This document shows positions 9,039 to 18,594 of a stretch of DNA of 64,000 bases, piece by piece. Each line of letters begins with the position of its first letter. Position 1 is the stretch's first letter. A program made the position numbers and the translations under genes. Source of the DNA: Planctomycetota bacterium (GTDB lineage: Bacteria > Planctomycetota > GCA-002687715 > CAIWVZ01); NCBI GenBank assembly GCA_044222185.1, contig JBGANV010000007.1, forward strand, positions 128,001 through 192,000, written 5' to 3'. Below the pieces are notes generated by a model that saw only the letters and a list, made by a program, of their open reading frames with translations, was not told where the DNA came from and did not search any database.

Positions 9039-10703
9039 ATGCGAATTCGCACCAGCGTCCTTCTCGTCGCTCTTCTCGCGCTGGTCGGGCGAGGGCTCGC
9101 CCAGTCGGATCCCGCCGTCGCGGCGATCGTCGAGCAGGGGCTGCGCCATTCGGAGGTGATGGAGCACCTCGATCACCTGACCAACCGGATCGGGCCGCGC
9201 CTCACCAGCTCCGATCGACTCACGCAGGCCTGCGAATGGGCCACGGACCGCTTCAAGTCCATGGGGCTCGACGCGCGGATGGAGGAGTGGGGCACCTTCC
9301 CCGTGGGGTTCAACCGGGGGCCGTGGTCGGGTCGGATGATCGCCCCCCGCGAGATGACGCTCGTCTGCGTGACGCCCGCGTGGAGCGCCGGCACCAAGGG
9401 GCGGCAGCGCGGTGACGCGGTCCTCGCGCCGACGACCCTCGACGATCTCGCGAAGCAGAAGGACCAGCTGAAGGGGCGCTGGGTGCTCGAGCCCGCGGAC
9501 GATTCGCGGAGCACGCGCGCGGGCGCGGACACGCGCCCGGCCGCGATCTCGAAGGACGTGCGCGACGCGCTCGATCGCGCCTACGACGAGATGCGCCCGC
9601 TCGGGATCATCCGATCCAGCGGGGCCGAGCTCGTCTGGGTGAGCGGCAACTGGCACGTCGACTGGGAGAAACTCCCCACTCGCACCGTGATCTCGGTCAT
9701 CGACGAGCAGTGGAAGGCCATGGCGAACGAACTCGTCGCCGGCCGACGGGTCGAGCTCGAGTTCGACATCCGGAACAACTTCAAGAAGGGGCCCATCCCG
9801 CTCTACGACGTCATCGCCGACCTGAAGGGCACGGAGAAGCCGGACGAGATGGTGATCGTCGGCGGTCACATCGACTCCTGGGACGGGGCCACCGGAACCA
9901 CGGACAACGGCACCGGCGCGTCGTCGACGATCGAGGCAGCGCGGATCCTCGCCGCCGCTGGCGTCAAGCCGCGGCGCACGATCCGCTTCATGTTGTGGAG
10001 CGGGGAAGAGCAGGGGCTTCTCGGTTCGGCGGCGTGGTGCAAGAAGCATCAGGCCGAGCTGGACAAGATCTCCGCCGTGTTCGTCCACGACGGCGGGACC
10101 AACTACGTCTCCGGTGTGGCGGGGACGAAATCACACCAGGCGGACTTCAAGGCGGTGTTCGCGCCCGCGTTGCAGCTCGAGCCCGAAATGCCGTTCGACG
10201 TTCGCGAGGTCGACGGCCTGTCCGGCGGCGGCAGCGACCACGGGTCGTTCCTCGCCATGGGTGTGCCGGGGTTCTACTGGGACCAGAAGGGCCGCGCGGT
10301 CTACCGCTACGGCTGGCACACGCAGAACGACACGTACGACATCGCGATCCCCGAGTATCAGCGTCACACGGCCACGGTGATTGCACTCGGCGCCTACGGC
10401 GTCGCCAACCTGGACCACCTGCTCAGTCGCGAGGGCCTGCGCAGCCCCCGCGGCGCCATCCCGACCTCACGCGTGCTCGGTGTGGAGTTCGAGAAGGACA
10501 CGCTCGTCGTCAGTCGAATCGAGGCGGACTCGGTCGCTGCCAAGGTCGGATTGAAGGTCGGCGACACGCTCCTCGAACTGGATGGCGTGAAGCTGAAGGA
10601 CCGCTTCGCGCTCCGCGCGACCCTGAATGGGGGCGAGCCGAACAAGACGCTGGTGCTCGAGCGCGGCGGTTCGCGCCTGACGATTCCGATCGCGTTCAAG
10701 TGA
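9039..10703 (+). CDS. Secreted M28 family peptidase (carboxypeptidase Q-like) with C-terminal PDZ domain
   Basis: Signal peptide; IGPRLTSS, GGHIDSWD, TDNGTG, WSGEEQGLLGS, SDHGSF, WHTQNDT; PDZ-like tail AAKVGLKVGD. Confidence 0.92.
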   Translation: MRIRTSVLLVALLALVGRGLAQSDPAVAAIVEQGLRHSEVMEHLDHLTNRIGPRLTSSDRLTQACEWATDRFKSMGLDARMEEWGTFPVGFNRGPWSGRMIAPREMTLVCVTPAWSAGTKGRQRGDAVLAPTTLDDLAKQKDQLKGRWVLEPADDSRSTRAGADTRPAAISKDVRDALDRAYDEMRPLGIIRSSGAELVWVSGNWHVDWEKLPTRTVISVIDEQWKAMANELVAGRRVELEFDIRNNFKKGPIPLYDVIADLKGTEKPDEMVIVGGHIDSWDGATGTTDNGTGASSTIEAARILAAAGVKPRRTIRFMLWSGEEQGLLGSAAWCKKHQAELDKISAVFVHDGGTNYVSGVAGTKSHQADFKAVFAPALQLEPEMPFDVREVDGLSGGGSDHGSFLAMGVPGFYWDQKGRAVYRYGWHTQNDTYDIAIPEYQRHTATVIALGAYGVANLDHLLSREGLRSPRGAIPTSRVLGVEFEKDTLVVSRIEADSVAAKVGLKVGDTLLELDGVKLKDRFALRATLNGGEPNKTLVLERGGSRLTIPIAFK

Positions 10704-11527
10704 TGCGACGATCGAGGCGCCATCGCCGCCACGGTCGTTGGCTCGCGTGGTCGGCGGCGTTGGCGTGTCTGGCCGCCGGTTGCGGGGACGATGGACTTCC
10801 ATCGCCTCGTCGCGTTCCGAGTGCGATGGTCGTCGACGATCCATCGCACCGAGAGGCTGCGGAATGGCTCCGCTCCCAGCCGAACTTGCTCCACATCGTG
10901 CGCGCCGGTGAGCCCATGGCGGTGCCCGGGGCGGCGGGATGGGCGTTCGCGCTCAGTGTGCAGAACGGGCGGAAGATCCCCGTGATCGAGCTGAGCCACG
11001 AGGGTGCGCCCTGCGCCGTCGTGTGGAGCAAGCTGCGTTACGCCCCGACGAGTCCGCCCGGAGGAATCGCGTTGAGCTCGCCCGAGCCCGGACGGGTCCG
11101 GTTGTTCCTGCTCGATCCCACGCGCCTCATGCCGTTGACCGATGCGACGTATGCGCACGAGCGTTTCGACGGCGGCGAACGGCTCGTCACGGAGACGGAC
11201 ACGGACGCCGCCTGCATCGAGCTCGACGACGATCTCCCGCCGGGCCGCCACGAGACCACGTTCCCCGAGACGTTCGAGCGGGTGACGGAAATCACGCTGC
11301 TCTATCACCCGCGAACGGCATCGTTCGGTTTGATGTTCGTTCGGCCCAGCCGCGGTGAGGTGATCGTCGAGATCCCGAAGGAAGGGACCTTCCTCGAGGC
11401 CGACGGAGCCCATTGGCCCTATCGGATCCTCCGGCATCCGGCGTCGGGACTGCTCGTGGGCGACGGACTCGAGTATCGCACGTTCTTCATGGACGCCGCG
11501 GGGCGCGAGATCGTTGCCTGGGAGTGA
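10703..11527 (+). CDS. Hypothetical lipoprotein
   Basis: Arg-rich N-terminus, hydrophobic stretch and lipobox LAAGC; TGATG coupling to upstream gene. Confidence 0.65.
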   Translation: MRRSRRHRRHGRWLAWSAALACLAAGCGDDGLPSPRRVPSAMVVDDPSHREAAEWLRSQPNLLHIVRAGEPMAVPGAAGWAFALSVQNGRKIPVIELSHEGAPCAVVWSKLRYAPTSPPGGIALSSPEPGRVRLFLLDPTRLMPLTDATYAHERFDGGERLVTETDTDAACIELDDDLPPGRHETTFPETFERVTEITLLYHPRTASFGLMFVRPSRGEVIVEIPKEGTFLEADGAHWPYRILRHPASGLLVGDGLEYRTFFMDAAGREIVAWE

Positions 11528-11644
11528 GGCCCGCGGGCGAGCCGCGCGCGGCGTCGCGTCAGCAGGCAAGGTCGCGCGGCAGGCGTTTCGCTCGCGATTC
11601 ACGACAAGCAACGTCGTTTCGCGCTCGGATCAAGAAAGGCCGCC

Positions 11645-12259
11645 TCACGGCAGCCCCAGCGATGCAACCACGATGCGGCCGACGTAGGGCGCCGCGGCGG
11701 GAGTGAGCATCCCCGTCTTCGGCGCGACGAACGTGATCGTGACGTCCGCACGGCACGCGACGCCGAGCACCGCGCCCGTGTCGCCGTCGAGGCCGCTCGG
11801 GATGTCGACGGCGAGCTTGGGGCCACGGGCGGAGTTGAACGATGAGACCCAGAGCGAAGCGGAGCCGTCGAGGGGGCGAGTGAGGCCGGTGCCGAAGAGT
11901 GCATCGATCCACACGAGTCCGGCGAGCGCTTCGACGTCAGGCGGGGTGCCCGCTCGAATCTCGCGCCCGGCGTTTCGGAGGATGCGGAGCTGGAGCGCCG
12001 CATCCGGCGAACGATGTGGATCGGGTTCCGCGAGGAGGTGAACGATCGCCCGCGGCCCGAGGTGGCGCGCGCACGCGAGCCCATCGCCGCCGTTGTTGCC
12101 GGGGCCGCAGAGAACGACCCAACGCGGCCCCAGGGCGCGCGCTTCGTCAGCCACCGCCCGCGCCGCGTTCTCCATCAAGAGGAGCGACGGCATGCCGAGC
12201 CGAGTGACGGCGTCCACGTCGATCGCGCGGGCCTGGGCGACGGTGAGCGTGTGCGTCAC
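11645..12259 (-). CDS. nnrE: NAD(P)H-hydrate epimerase (YjeF N-terminal domain, stand-alone)
   Basis: LLMENAARAVA, CGPGNNGGDG, IDALFGTGL, AVDIPSGLD, ADVTITF. Confidence 0.92.
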   Translation of the reverse strand: MTHTLTVAQARAIDVDAVTRLGMPSLLLMENAARAVADEARALGPRWVVLCGPGNNGGDGLACARHLGPRAIVHLLAEPDPHRSPDAALQLRILRNAGREIRAGTPPDVEALAGLVWIDALFGTGLTRPLDGSASLWVSSFNSARGPKLAVDIPSGLDGDTGAVLGVACRADVTITFVAPKTGMLTPAAAPYVGRIVVASLGLP

Positions 12260-12263
12260 GGAC

Positions 12264-13052
12264 TCACTTGGAAGGCTTGGAGTCGGTCGCAGGGCGGGAG
12301 TCTGCCGCGGGACGGGAGGCGGGCTTCGCCACCGGCGCATCCTCGCCCTCGTCGTCATCCTCGTCGCCGCCGGCCGAAGTCTTGATCTGGATCATCACGC
12401 CAGGGAACTCCTTGGCGATGATCTTCTTCACCTCGGATATCGAGGAGCCTTCGGAGAGGAGTTCCGACACGCGGGCGCTGATCTTCTGAGGATCGACATG
12501 GCCCGGGTTCGGGCGGTCGTCATCATCCCCGGACGGCTCGTGCGCGGGCTTCGCCGCCGGGGCCTTGGACGTCTCGTGGGACTGGAGCTTCTCGACGATC
12601 GCTTTCAGCTTCTCGATCTCGGCCTTGGCCTCGGCGAGCTGCTCCTTCGTGGGCTTTCCCTCGAAGATCCTCGTCAAGCGCGCGAGGCACGCCTTCGGGT
12701 CGCCGTCCTCTCGGGGCGGGAAGGTCACCTTCAGCGGGACTTCCTTGCCGTCACGCAGGACGGTGACGTCCACCGTCGAGCCGAACTTCAACTGGTCGAG
12801 AACCCCGACGAGATCCCCGTCGGTCCCGACCTTCTTCCCGTTGACGGCGACGAGGACGTCCCCGGCCTTGATCCCCGCCTTCTCGGCCGGGCTACCCGCG
12901 CGCACGCCGTCGACGCGGAGGCCTTCGTCCGAATCCAACGCGACGGTGACGCCGAGACGTGGCCGGTCGGCGTCGTCCTGCGCGACGGCGATCAGCGACG
13001 AGGAGCAGAGGACCAGGGCCGTCAGGAGACACGCGGGCAGTTTCATGTTCAT
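12264..13052 (-). CDS. Secreted PDZ domain protein with low-complexity C-terminus
   Basis: Signal peptide; RLGVTV...GSPAEKAGIKAGDVLVAVNGK PDZ signature. Confidence 0.85.
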   Translation of the reverse strand: MNMKLPACLLTALVLCSSSLIAVAQDDADRPRLGVTVALDSDEGLRVDGVRAGSPAEKAGIKAGDVLVAVNGKKVGTDGDLVGVLDQLKFGSTVDVTVLRDGKEVPLKVTFPPREDGDPKACLARLTRIFEGKPTKEQLAEAKAEIEKLKAIVEKLQSHETSKAPAAKPAHEPSGDDDDRPNPGHVDPQKISARVSELLSEGSSISEVKKIIAKEFPGVMIQIKTSAGGDEDDDEGEDAPVAKPASRPAADSRPATDSKPSK

Positions 13053-13175
13053 GAGAGGGTTCTCGCAGCCCTTCGCGGGCAGTTGATCGAGGTCGACGGG
13101 GCCCATGCGGTTCCCCGGGGGGCCCGACAGTTCCGAGTACGCTGGTACGACCGGTGAGGCGTCAGCCTCCGCAAC

Positions 13176-13571
13176 TCAGATGGATTCGGGCAGCGCGTCC
13201 GGAACTTGCGGCTCACGCAATAGAACCAGGATCGCGCCATGGGGGACGACGAGCAGCTTCTCTCCGTCGAATGCGATCTCCACGGCGGCCTTGCGGAAGA
13301 ACACGGCGTAATCGCCGAGTTCGGCCTGGAGCGGGAGGTAGCGGGGCTCGGTCTTCGGGCGCTTCCACGGCTCACTGTCATCATCGGGCGGCGTCGTTGG
13401 AGTGCCGGGCCCGAGGGCCACGATCGTCCCGCCCTGGACCGCTTCCTTGTCGACGGCCCCCGGCGGAAGGAACAGCCCGACGCTCGTGCGACTCTCGCCC
13501 GCATCGGGCCGCACCAGGACCCGATCTCCGACGATCACGATCTCCTTGTTTCCGCGCCGCATGGGTTTCAT
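13176..13571 (-). CDS. groES: Co-chaperonin GroES family protein (orphan)
   Basis: GDRVLVRP, RTSVGLFLP, GTIVALGPG, GDYAVF, EIAFDGEKLLVV. Confidence 0.85.
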   Translation of the reverse strand: MKPMRRGNKEIVIVGDRVLVRPDAGESRTSVGLFLPPGAVDKEAVQGGTIVALGPGTPTTPPDDDSEPWKRPKTEPRYLPLQAELGDYAVFFRKAAVEIAFDGEKLLVVPHGAILVLLREPQVPDALPESI

Positions 13572-13585
13572 TCGAGGCTCGGAGT

Positions 13586-14074
13586 CTACTTCCGCGATTC
13601 GGGCTGCGCACCCGAGAGGCGGCCGCGCTCGGCCGATGCCCACTCCGCGAGGCGGGCCTTGGCGGCCGGGTCCAGCTTCGCGGACGCGTGAAGGAGCGTG
13701 TAGGACGTGAGCGGCATTTCCCCTTCGTTGACCAACTCGACGACTTCCCCGAGCTTGTCGAGCTGACGCTTGGGCGCGTACTCGCCCCACTTGGAGAAGT
13801 TCAGGTGGCGCCGTCCCGAATCCACGTGGCGGATGATGAACCAGCTCACCGGCGCCACGTAGGTGTACCAGGGCCATGCCGTGTTGTTCGTGTGGCAGTC
13901 GTCGCACGAGCGCGCGAGAATCGCCGTGACGTCCGCCGGCACGGCCGTGGCGGCCTGGAGCGTCTTCGATGCGTCGACGCTCGGGTTCGTGCGCTTCGGG
14001 CCGAAGAACTGGATCGCGACGAGCAATACGAGTACGAGGACGCCGAGCCGTTTCAGGGCGCTGCGGATTGTCAT
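13586..14074 (-). CDS. Heme-binding domain protein (c-type, Haem_bd-like)
   Basis: N-terminal TM segment; SCDDCH (CxxCH), WPWYTYVAPVSW, LNFSKW, EMPLTSY. Confidence 0.9.
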   Translation of the reverse strand: MTIRSALKRLGVLVLVLLVAIQFFGPKRTNPSVDASKTLQAATAVPADVTAILARSCDDCHTNNTAWPWYTYVAPVSWFIIRHVDSGRRHLNFSKWGEYAPKRQLDKLGEVVELVNEGEMPLTSYTLLHASAKLDPAAKARLAEWASAERGRLSGAQPESRK

Positions 14075-14134
14075 GGCGCGGCAAGTTTGGTGAGCCGGCG
14101 GCGGGCTCACAAGCCGGCGGCGCGCCGGCCCGCG

Positions 14135-17100
14135 TCAGAAGGTTTGAGAACAGGTATTGCCGGTCACGTCCTTCACCGTCAGCGTGAAGTAGAGGTCCTT
14201 CGAAGCCGGGATGAACCGCATGACGTGCGTGTGAACGGTCGCGGGCGCCGTCACGTTCTCGATCTCGTACATGCGGCAGGCAGGGATCACGCCATCGGGG
14301 CTCAAAGTGACGGTGCCGACCGTCGGTTCGTCCGTCCACCAGGAGACCGTGACGCGATCGAAGCCGGGTGCCGTAGGCTCGGCGTCGCGGTTCACGACGA
14401 GGCGCCGGACCTCGGGCATCCGGGCATCCGGTGGAACGTCGGGGATGGCGAACGTGTTCGTCGCAGCGTACAGCGAGTTGCGTAGCACGAAGTAGACGTA
14501 GCTTCGCATGTCCCGGCCCGTGAGTTCGGGGCGCAGTACGTTTCCGCCGAAGCCGCCACGGATCGCATTCGCGAGGTTGTCGTAGGCGACCTGCATGCCC
14601 TGGCTCGCCGTGTCGGCGAGGTACTGGGCCGCGTAGTCGTCGAAGTTCAGGATCGTTCCCAACCGCGTGTATCCCTGGGGGCCGTGCGTCGCGACGAATG
14701 ACGGCCGTGAGTTCATGGGGAACGCCGGCACCGTCCCGAGCCAGTGGATCGTCTCACCGTTGAGGAAGGTCAGACGGTCGTTCTGCTCGGGGTCGATGCT
14801 GGGTCGATTTCGCCGGATGAGGAGCGGCCCGGTCGAGCCCATGCCCGTCGTCAGGATCTGTGCGTCGTGGTCGTCGATCACGATGGCCCACGGGTAATGG
14901 CGCCCGAGATCGGGTTGGCATTGAACGCCGTTGCCGAGGGGGAACACGCCGCGGAAGTTCAGGAACTCACCGCTGAAGAGACCGTCAGCCGACATGCGCC
15001 AGATGAACGAGTTCCCGAGCCCGCCGACGAGAGGGACGAAGATGTCGTCGACCGGACCCACGAGCCCATGACGATCGACCTCGACCCACGTCCAGTCGTT
15101 GAGCGACGTCGTCTCGAGGAGGTGGCTTCGGACGATCTTCACGATGCCGGTGACGAGGTCGATCTCCTTGACGACCTTCGTGAGGTTCTCGGAGACGATG
15201 AGTCGCCCCTGGGAGTTCACGCGGACGCACTGCGGATAGTGGATCCAGTCGGCGACGGTCTGCGTCGCATTGCCACCCGGCACGTTCGGCGGGTACAGGA
15301 GCGGGTTGACGCTCGCCTCGGCGGGCGGGACGGGCCCGGCGAGCGAACCTCCCGCGAGCGTGACGACCGTGCCCGCGCCCGGGCCGTTCATGATGATCTT
15401 GCGGATGGCGCAGTTGTCGCGGTCCGAGACGATCATGTCGCCGTTGTCGTCGAAGATGAGGCTCGTCGGGCGATTGAACCGTGCTTGGGCGATGGGCCCG
15501 TCCACGTAGTGCTGCGACGACGTGGGTGAGCCCGCGAACGTGGTGATGTTGGGCTGGCCGTTTCCCGGGTTCACGAGCGCCGTGGTGGAACCCGTGAGAT
15601 CGATCTTCGCGATCCGGTCGTTCATCATGTCGGCGACGTAGATCACGTTGGGATCGCCGGGCGAAACGGCGAGGTCGTCGGCCACCGAGAAGGGCACCCC
15701 GTTGAAGTTGCCGATCACGTCCTTGTCCGCCGCGATGACCGTCGACATCGGGATCGACGCGTCCGTGAACAGGTAGGGCGGGCGGATCTGCAGTCCCGGC
15801 TGCGCGCGCCGGTTCACCATGCCGGCGAGCGTCGTCATCTGGCCGTCGCCCGCGATCTTGAAGAAGCGACCGCTGACGTCGATGCCGAGGAAGCCCGTCG
15901 TGACCGGGTTCGGAACGAACGACGAGAATGGGCTGACGGTGGCGCTGCCGCGCGTGCCGCACCACCAGTCGATGCGGTCGTTGTCGGGGGCGGCGGCTTC
16001 GCTCGACGTGGCACCGCGAGCGTAGTGCGGGTGCACGACGAGCTTGTCCCGATTCGGGTTCGTCGAGGAGAGCGAGCTCTTCACCCGGTAGAGACGGGGC
16101 TCGGGTTCGTAGAGCCCCGAGACGGCGTGGAGGATGGGGACCCCGAACCACATGCCCTCGCTTCGAAGCGAGAGCGCCTCCGCCGCCGAGGAGGGCGGAA
16201 CGGATGGGACGACCGGACAAGGGTGGCTCGGGATCGGTGCGAGCTCGCCCGTGTAGGTCAAGCGATCGATCCGCTGCGAGCTGAACACCTGCCGATAGGT
16301 CGGCCCGAAGGTCGGCACAACCTGCGCCTGGTCGACGCGAGGCGGGCTCGCCGTGTTCTCGACGCCGAACGGGATGACGCGCGTCTGAAGCCGGTTGACG
16401 AACGTGTCCGCATCCACGAGCTCGACGTTCAATGCATGCGTGCCGTCGGGCACCGTCGTGCTGTCCCAGCTGAACGTCGTCGACGGCGACAGCGGCGGGC
16501 TCACGACGACGTCGTCGATCCGGTATACGACCTTCAAATTGCCGGGCTGCGGAACGATGGCGACGCCACCCTTGTCGGCGGCGACGGAGCGGAATTGGAC
16601 CGTGCCCGCCACCGACTTCATGGGAAGCAGGAAGAGTGGGTCCACCGGGTTCTGCTGGGCGGCGCCGTTGATGGTCGGCAGGAGGAACCACTGCTCCTGT
16701 GCCTGGACCACGTCGCGTACGAGCAGCGAGAAACGGAACTTGCCGAGGCGCCCGGATGCGTCGCGCGAGATGAGGCTGACTTCGTACGTGCCCGCGCTCG
16801 ATCCGGTGGGGTATCCGGAGATGTATCCCACGCTCTGCGTCGTGCTCGGCATCCATTGGAGGCCCGGCGGGAGGCCGGCCGCGAGGACGCTGACGGGCCC
16901 GAAGCCGCCGGCGGACGGCGTGAGGTCGACGCGCATCACGACCTGAGGCGACCCTTCACGGACCTCGTACGTCGATCCGGGGGCGAAGTAGGTGCTCTGC
17001 GGCGCATTCGACGTGGCGCGCACGCGCAGGATCGGCCCGTGGAACGGTTGCCGCGGCTGGATCACGAACGTGACGTCGCGGTCAGCGGTCGCACCCGCCG

Positions 17101-17800
17101 TGTCCTGCGCGTGGAACCGAACCACGTGGGTACCGGCCTGTCCCAAGGTGGTCCACCAATGGAAGACGCGTGTGTCGGCGTTCAACGACTGGTTGTAGAG
17201 GAGCGGCGATGGCACTCCGTTCACGATCGACTGGGCGGTGATCGTGTTCAGGGCGTTGTTCGGGTTGTCGAGGATGACCGGGAACGCAACGACTTCACCT
17301 TCGATGGAGGAGACGTAGACCGGCGGCGAGACGAACTGTTGCGTCGCGACCGGCGGGTTGGCGGGGACGTTGATCGTCGCCGACGCGTTGTCGATGACCA
17401 CGGCGGATTGAGCGCGGTAGATCTCCCCGTGCGGCCCCTGCGCCTGGACGGAGAGGACGTGGGCGCCATTCGAGTAGGTGCTCGTGTTCAACGTTGCGCC
17501 GAAGGGTGCCAGCGCGTCGGTCGCGAACGGAACCCCGTCGATCCGGAACTCGGCGGAAGCGATGCGGATGCTGTTCCCGACGCAGACGCGGACGATGACG
17601 GCGTTGGCGACCTTCGCACCGTCGGCCGGTGTGGCGATGGCGATCCCGGCGAGCGGTGCCATTGCAGCCGACTGCCCGATTGCGGCATCGGCGAGGGCCA
17701 GTGCGGCGAGGAACGCGACGGGGATGAGAGTTGAGCGGAACGACAGGGGTGACGATGAATCAGCCCCGAGGACGCCTCGGGGGACGGCAACGAACTTCAT
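14135..17800 (-). CDS. Large secreted protein (~1220 aa) with Ig-like domains and NHL-type repeats
   Basis: Signal-like AFLAALALADAAIG; Ig-like EFRIDG...NGAHVLSVQA and WDSTTVPDGTHALNVE; GLPPGL..ISGYPT; NHL-like IYVADMMNDRIAKI and ARFNRPTSLIFDDNGDMIVSDRDNCAIRKI. Confidence 0.85.
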   Translation of the reverse strand: MKFVAVPRGVLGADSSSPLSFRSTLIPVAFLAALALADAAIGQSAAMAPLAGIAIATPADGAKVANAVIVRVCVGNSIRIASAEFRIDGVPFATDALAPFGATLNTSTYSNGAHVLSVQAQGPHGEIYRAQSAVVIDNASATINVPANPPVATQQFVSPPVYVSSIEGEVVAFPVILDNPNNALNTITAQSIVNGVPSPLLYNQSLNADTRVFHWWTTLGQAGTHVVRFHAQDTAGATADRDVTFVIQPRQPFHGPILRVRATSNAPQSTYFAPGSTYEVREGSPQVVMRVDLTPSAGGFGPVSVLAAGLPPGLQWMPSTTQSVGYISGYPTGSSAGTYEVSLISRDASGRLGKFRFSLLVRDVVQAQEQWFLLPTINGAAQQNPVDPLFLLPMKSVAGTVQFRSVAADKGGVAIVPQPGNLKVVYRIDDVVVSPPLSPSTTFSWDSTTVPDGTHALNVELVDADTFVNRLQTRVIPFGVENTASPPRVDQAQVVPTFGPTYRQVFSSQRIDRLTYTGELAPIPSHPCPVVPSVPPSSAAEALSLRSEGMWFGVPILHAVSGLYEPEPRLYRVKSSLSSTNPNRDKLVVHPHYARGATSSEAAAPDNDRIDWWCGTRGSATVSPFSSFVPNPVTTGFLGIDVSGRFFKIAGDGQMTTLAGMVNRRAQPGLQIRPPYLFTDASIPMSTVIAADKDVIGNFNGVPFSVADDLAVSPGDPNVIYVADMMNDRIAKIDLTGSTTALVNPGNGQPNITTFAGSPTSSQHYVDGPIAQARFNRPTSLIFDDNGDMIVSDRDNCAIRKIIMNGPGAGTVVTLAGGSLAGPVPPAEASVNPLLYPPNVPGGNATQTVADWIHYPQCVRVNSQGRLIVSENLTKVVKEIDLVTGIVKIVRSHLLETTSLNDWTWVEVDRHGLVGPVDDIFVPLVGGLGNSFIWRMSADGLFSGEFLNFRGVFPLGNGVQCQPDLGRHYPWAIVIDDHDAQILTTGMGSTGPLLIRRNRPSIDPEQNDRLTFLNGETIHWLGTVPAFPMNSRPSFVATHGPQGYTRLGTILNFDDYAAQYLADTASQGMQVAYDNLANAIRGGFGGNVLRPELTGRDMRSYVYFVLRNSLYAATNTFAIPDVPPDARMPEVRRLVVNRDAEPTAPGFDRVTVSWWTDEPTVGTVTLSPDGVIPACRMYEIENVTAPATVHTHVMRFIPASKDLYFTLTVKDVTGNTCSQTF

Positions 17801-18594
17801 CAAATTGGCTCGGGGGGCGACCGCGAATGAATCGGGTCCGGGCAGCTTCGCGGTTCCAACTCGGGGCCGAACGGAACGCGCATCACCCGGACGGGGTCGC
17901 AACATCCTATAGAGATCTCGCGGTTTGTCTTCCCCGCGGGAGGAATGTGTCCATCGGGCTCGCCACAGGTGGAAACGCGCAGCCCGAGTTCGGGTCCGCA
18001 ACATCCGAAAAACGACCTCTCGCGAGCGCATTCGACGCGGTATTGCGGGACGTGATGGCCCGTTCCGCAACGTGCGACCACGTCTCCGCCCGGAGCTCGG
18101 GAGCGTGGCGGCGATCTCACGCGTCGACGTGACCTGCGGCGGCGGACTCCGACCCTCGGGGCCGGCGACCGAAGTGCGCGATGCTGCGTCGAACGGCAGC
18201 GAGCCCTCGCCGATTCGCCTGTCCCGCGGCTCGGTTTGCGAGCGCGGCGTCGTTCGGTTCGTGTCGGCGAAGCGCGCAGTCGCGATGCAGCGATCAGGAC
18301 GCTCGCGCCGCCGAGCGTGAACTTCCTTCACGGTTCATGCGCACGTCGACCACCGCGGCTCGCGACGTGGATCGACGGAGTCGCGACCCGTTTTCCGGGC
18401 CTCCCCACTTCGTGCCATTCGAACGTCCTGCATCCGGGCGTACGGTTCGGACGGAGGAAGGGAGTGCGGCCCGGAACGCGGCCTCCTGCGCGCAATCGAC
18501 GCGCCCAAATGCACCGGTCGGCTCCACGATCGGACGCCTCGACGCGACGGGAGACTCGCTCGCCGGACGGCTCTCAGCTCCACGGAGGTCTGTC

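Noticed and set aside
17880-18000. c-di-GMP riboswitch
   Set aside because: Hairpins are present but the conserved GGCAAAC..GACGCAAA pattern was not found.
17801-18331. N-terminal extensions in the ORF track (e.g. 14135-18331, 18181-20451, 28614-30908, 2351-4243, 50690-52459)
   Set aside because: Signal peptides, RBS and gene-coupling place the real starts further downstream.
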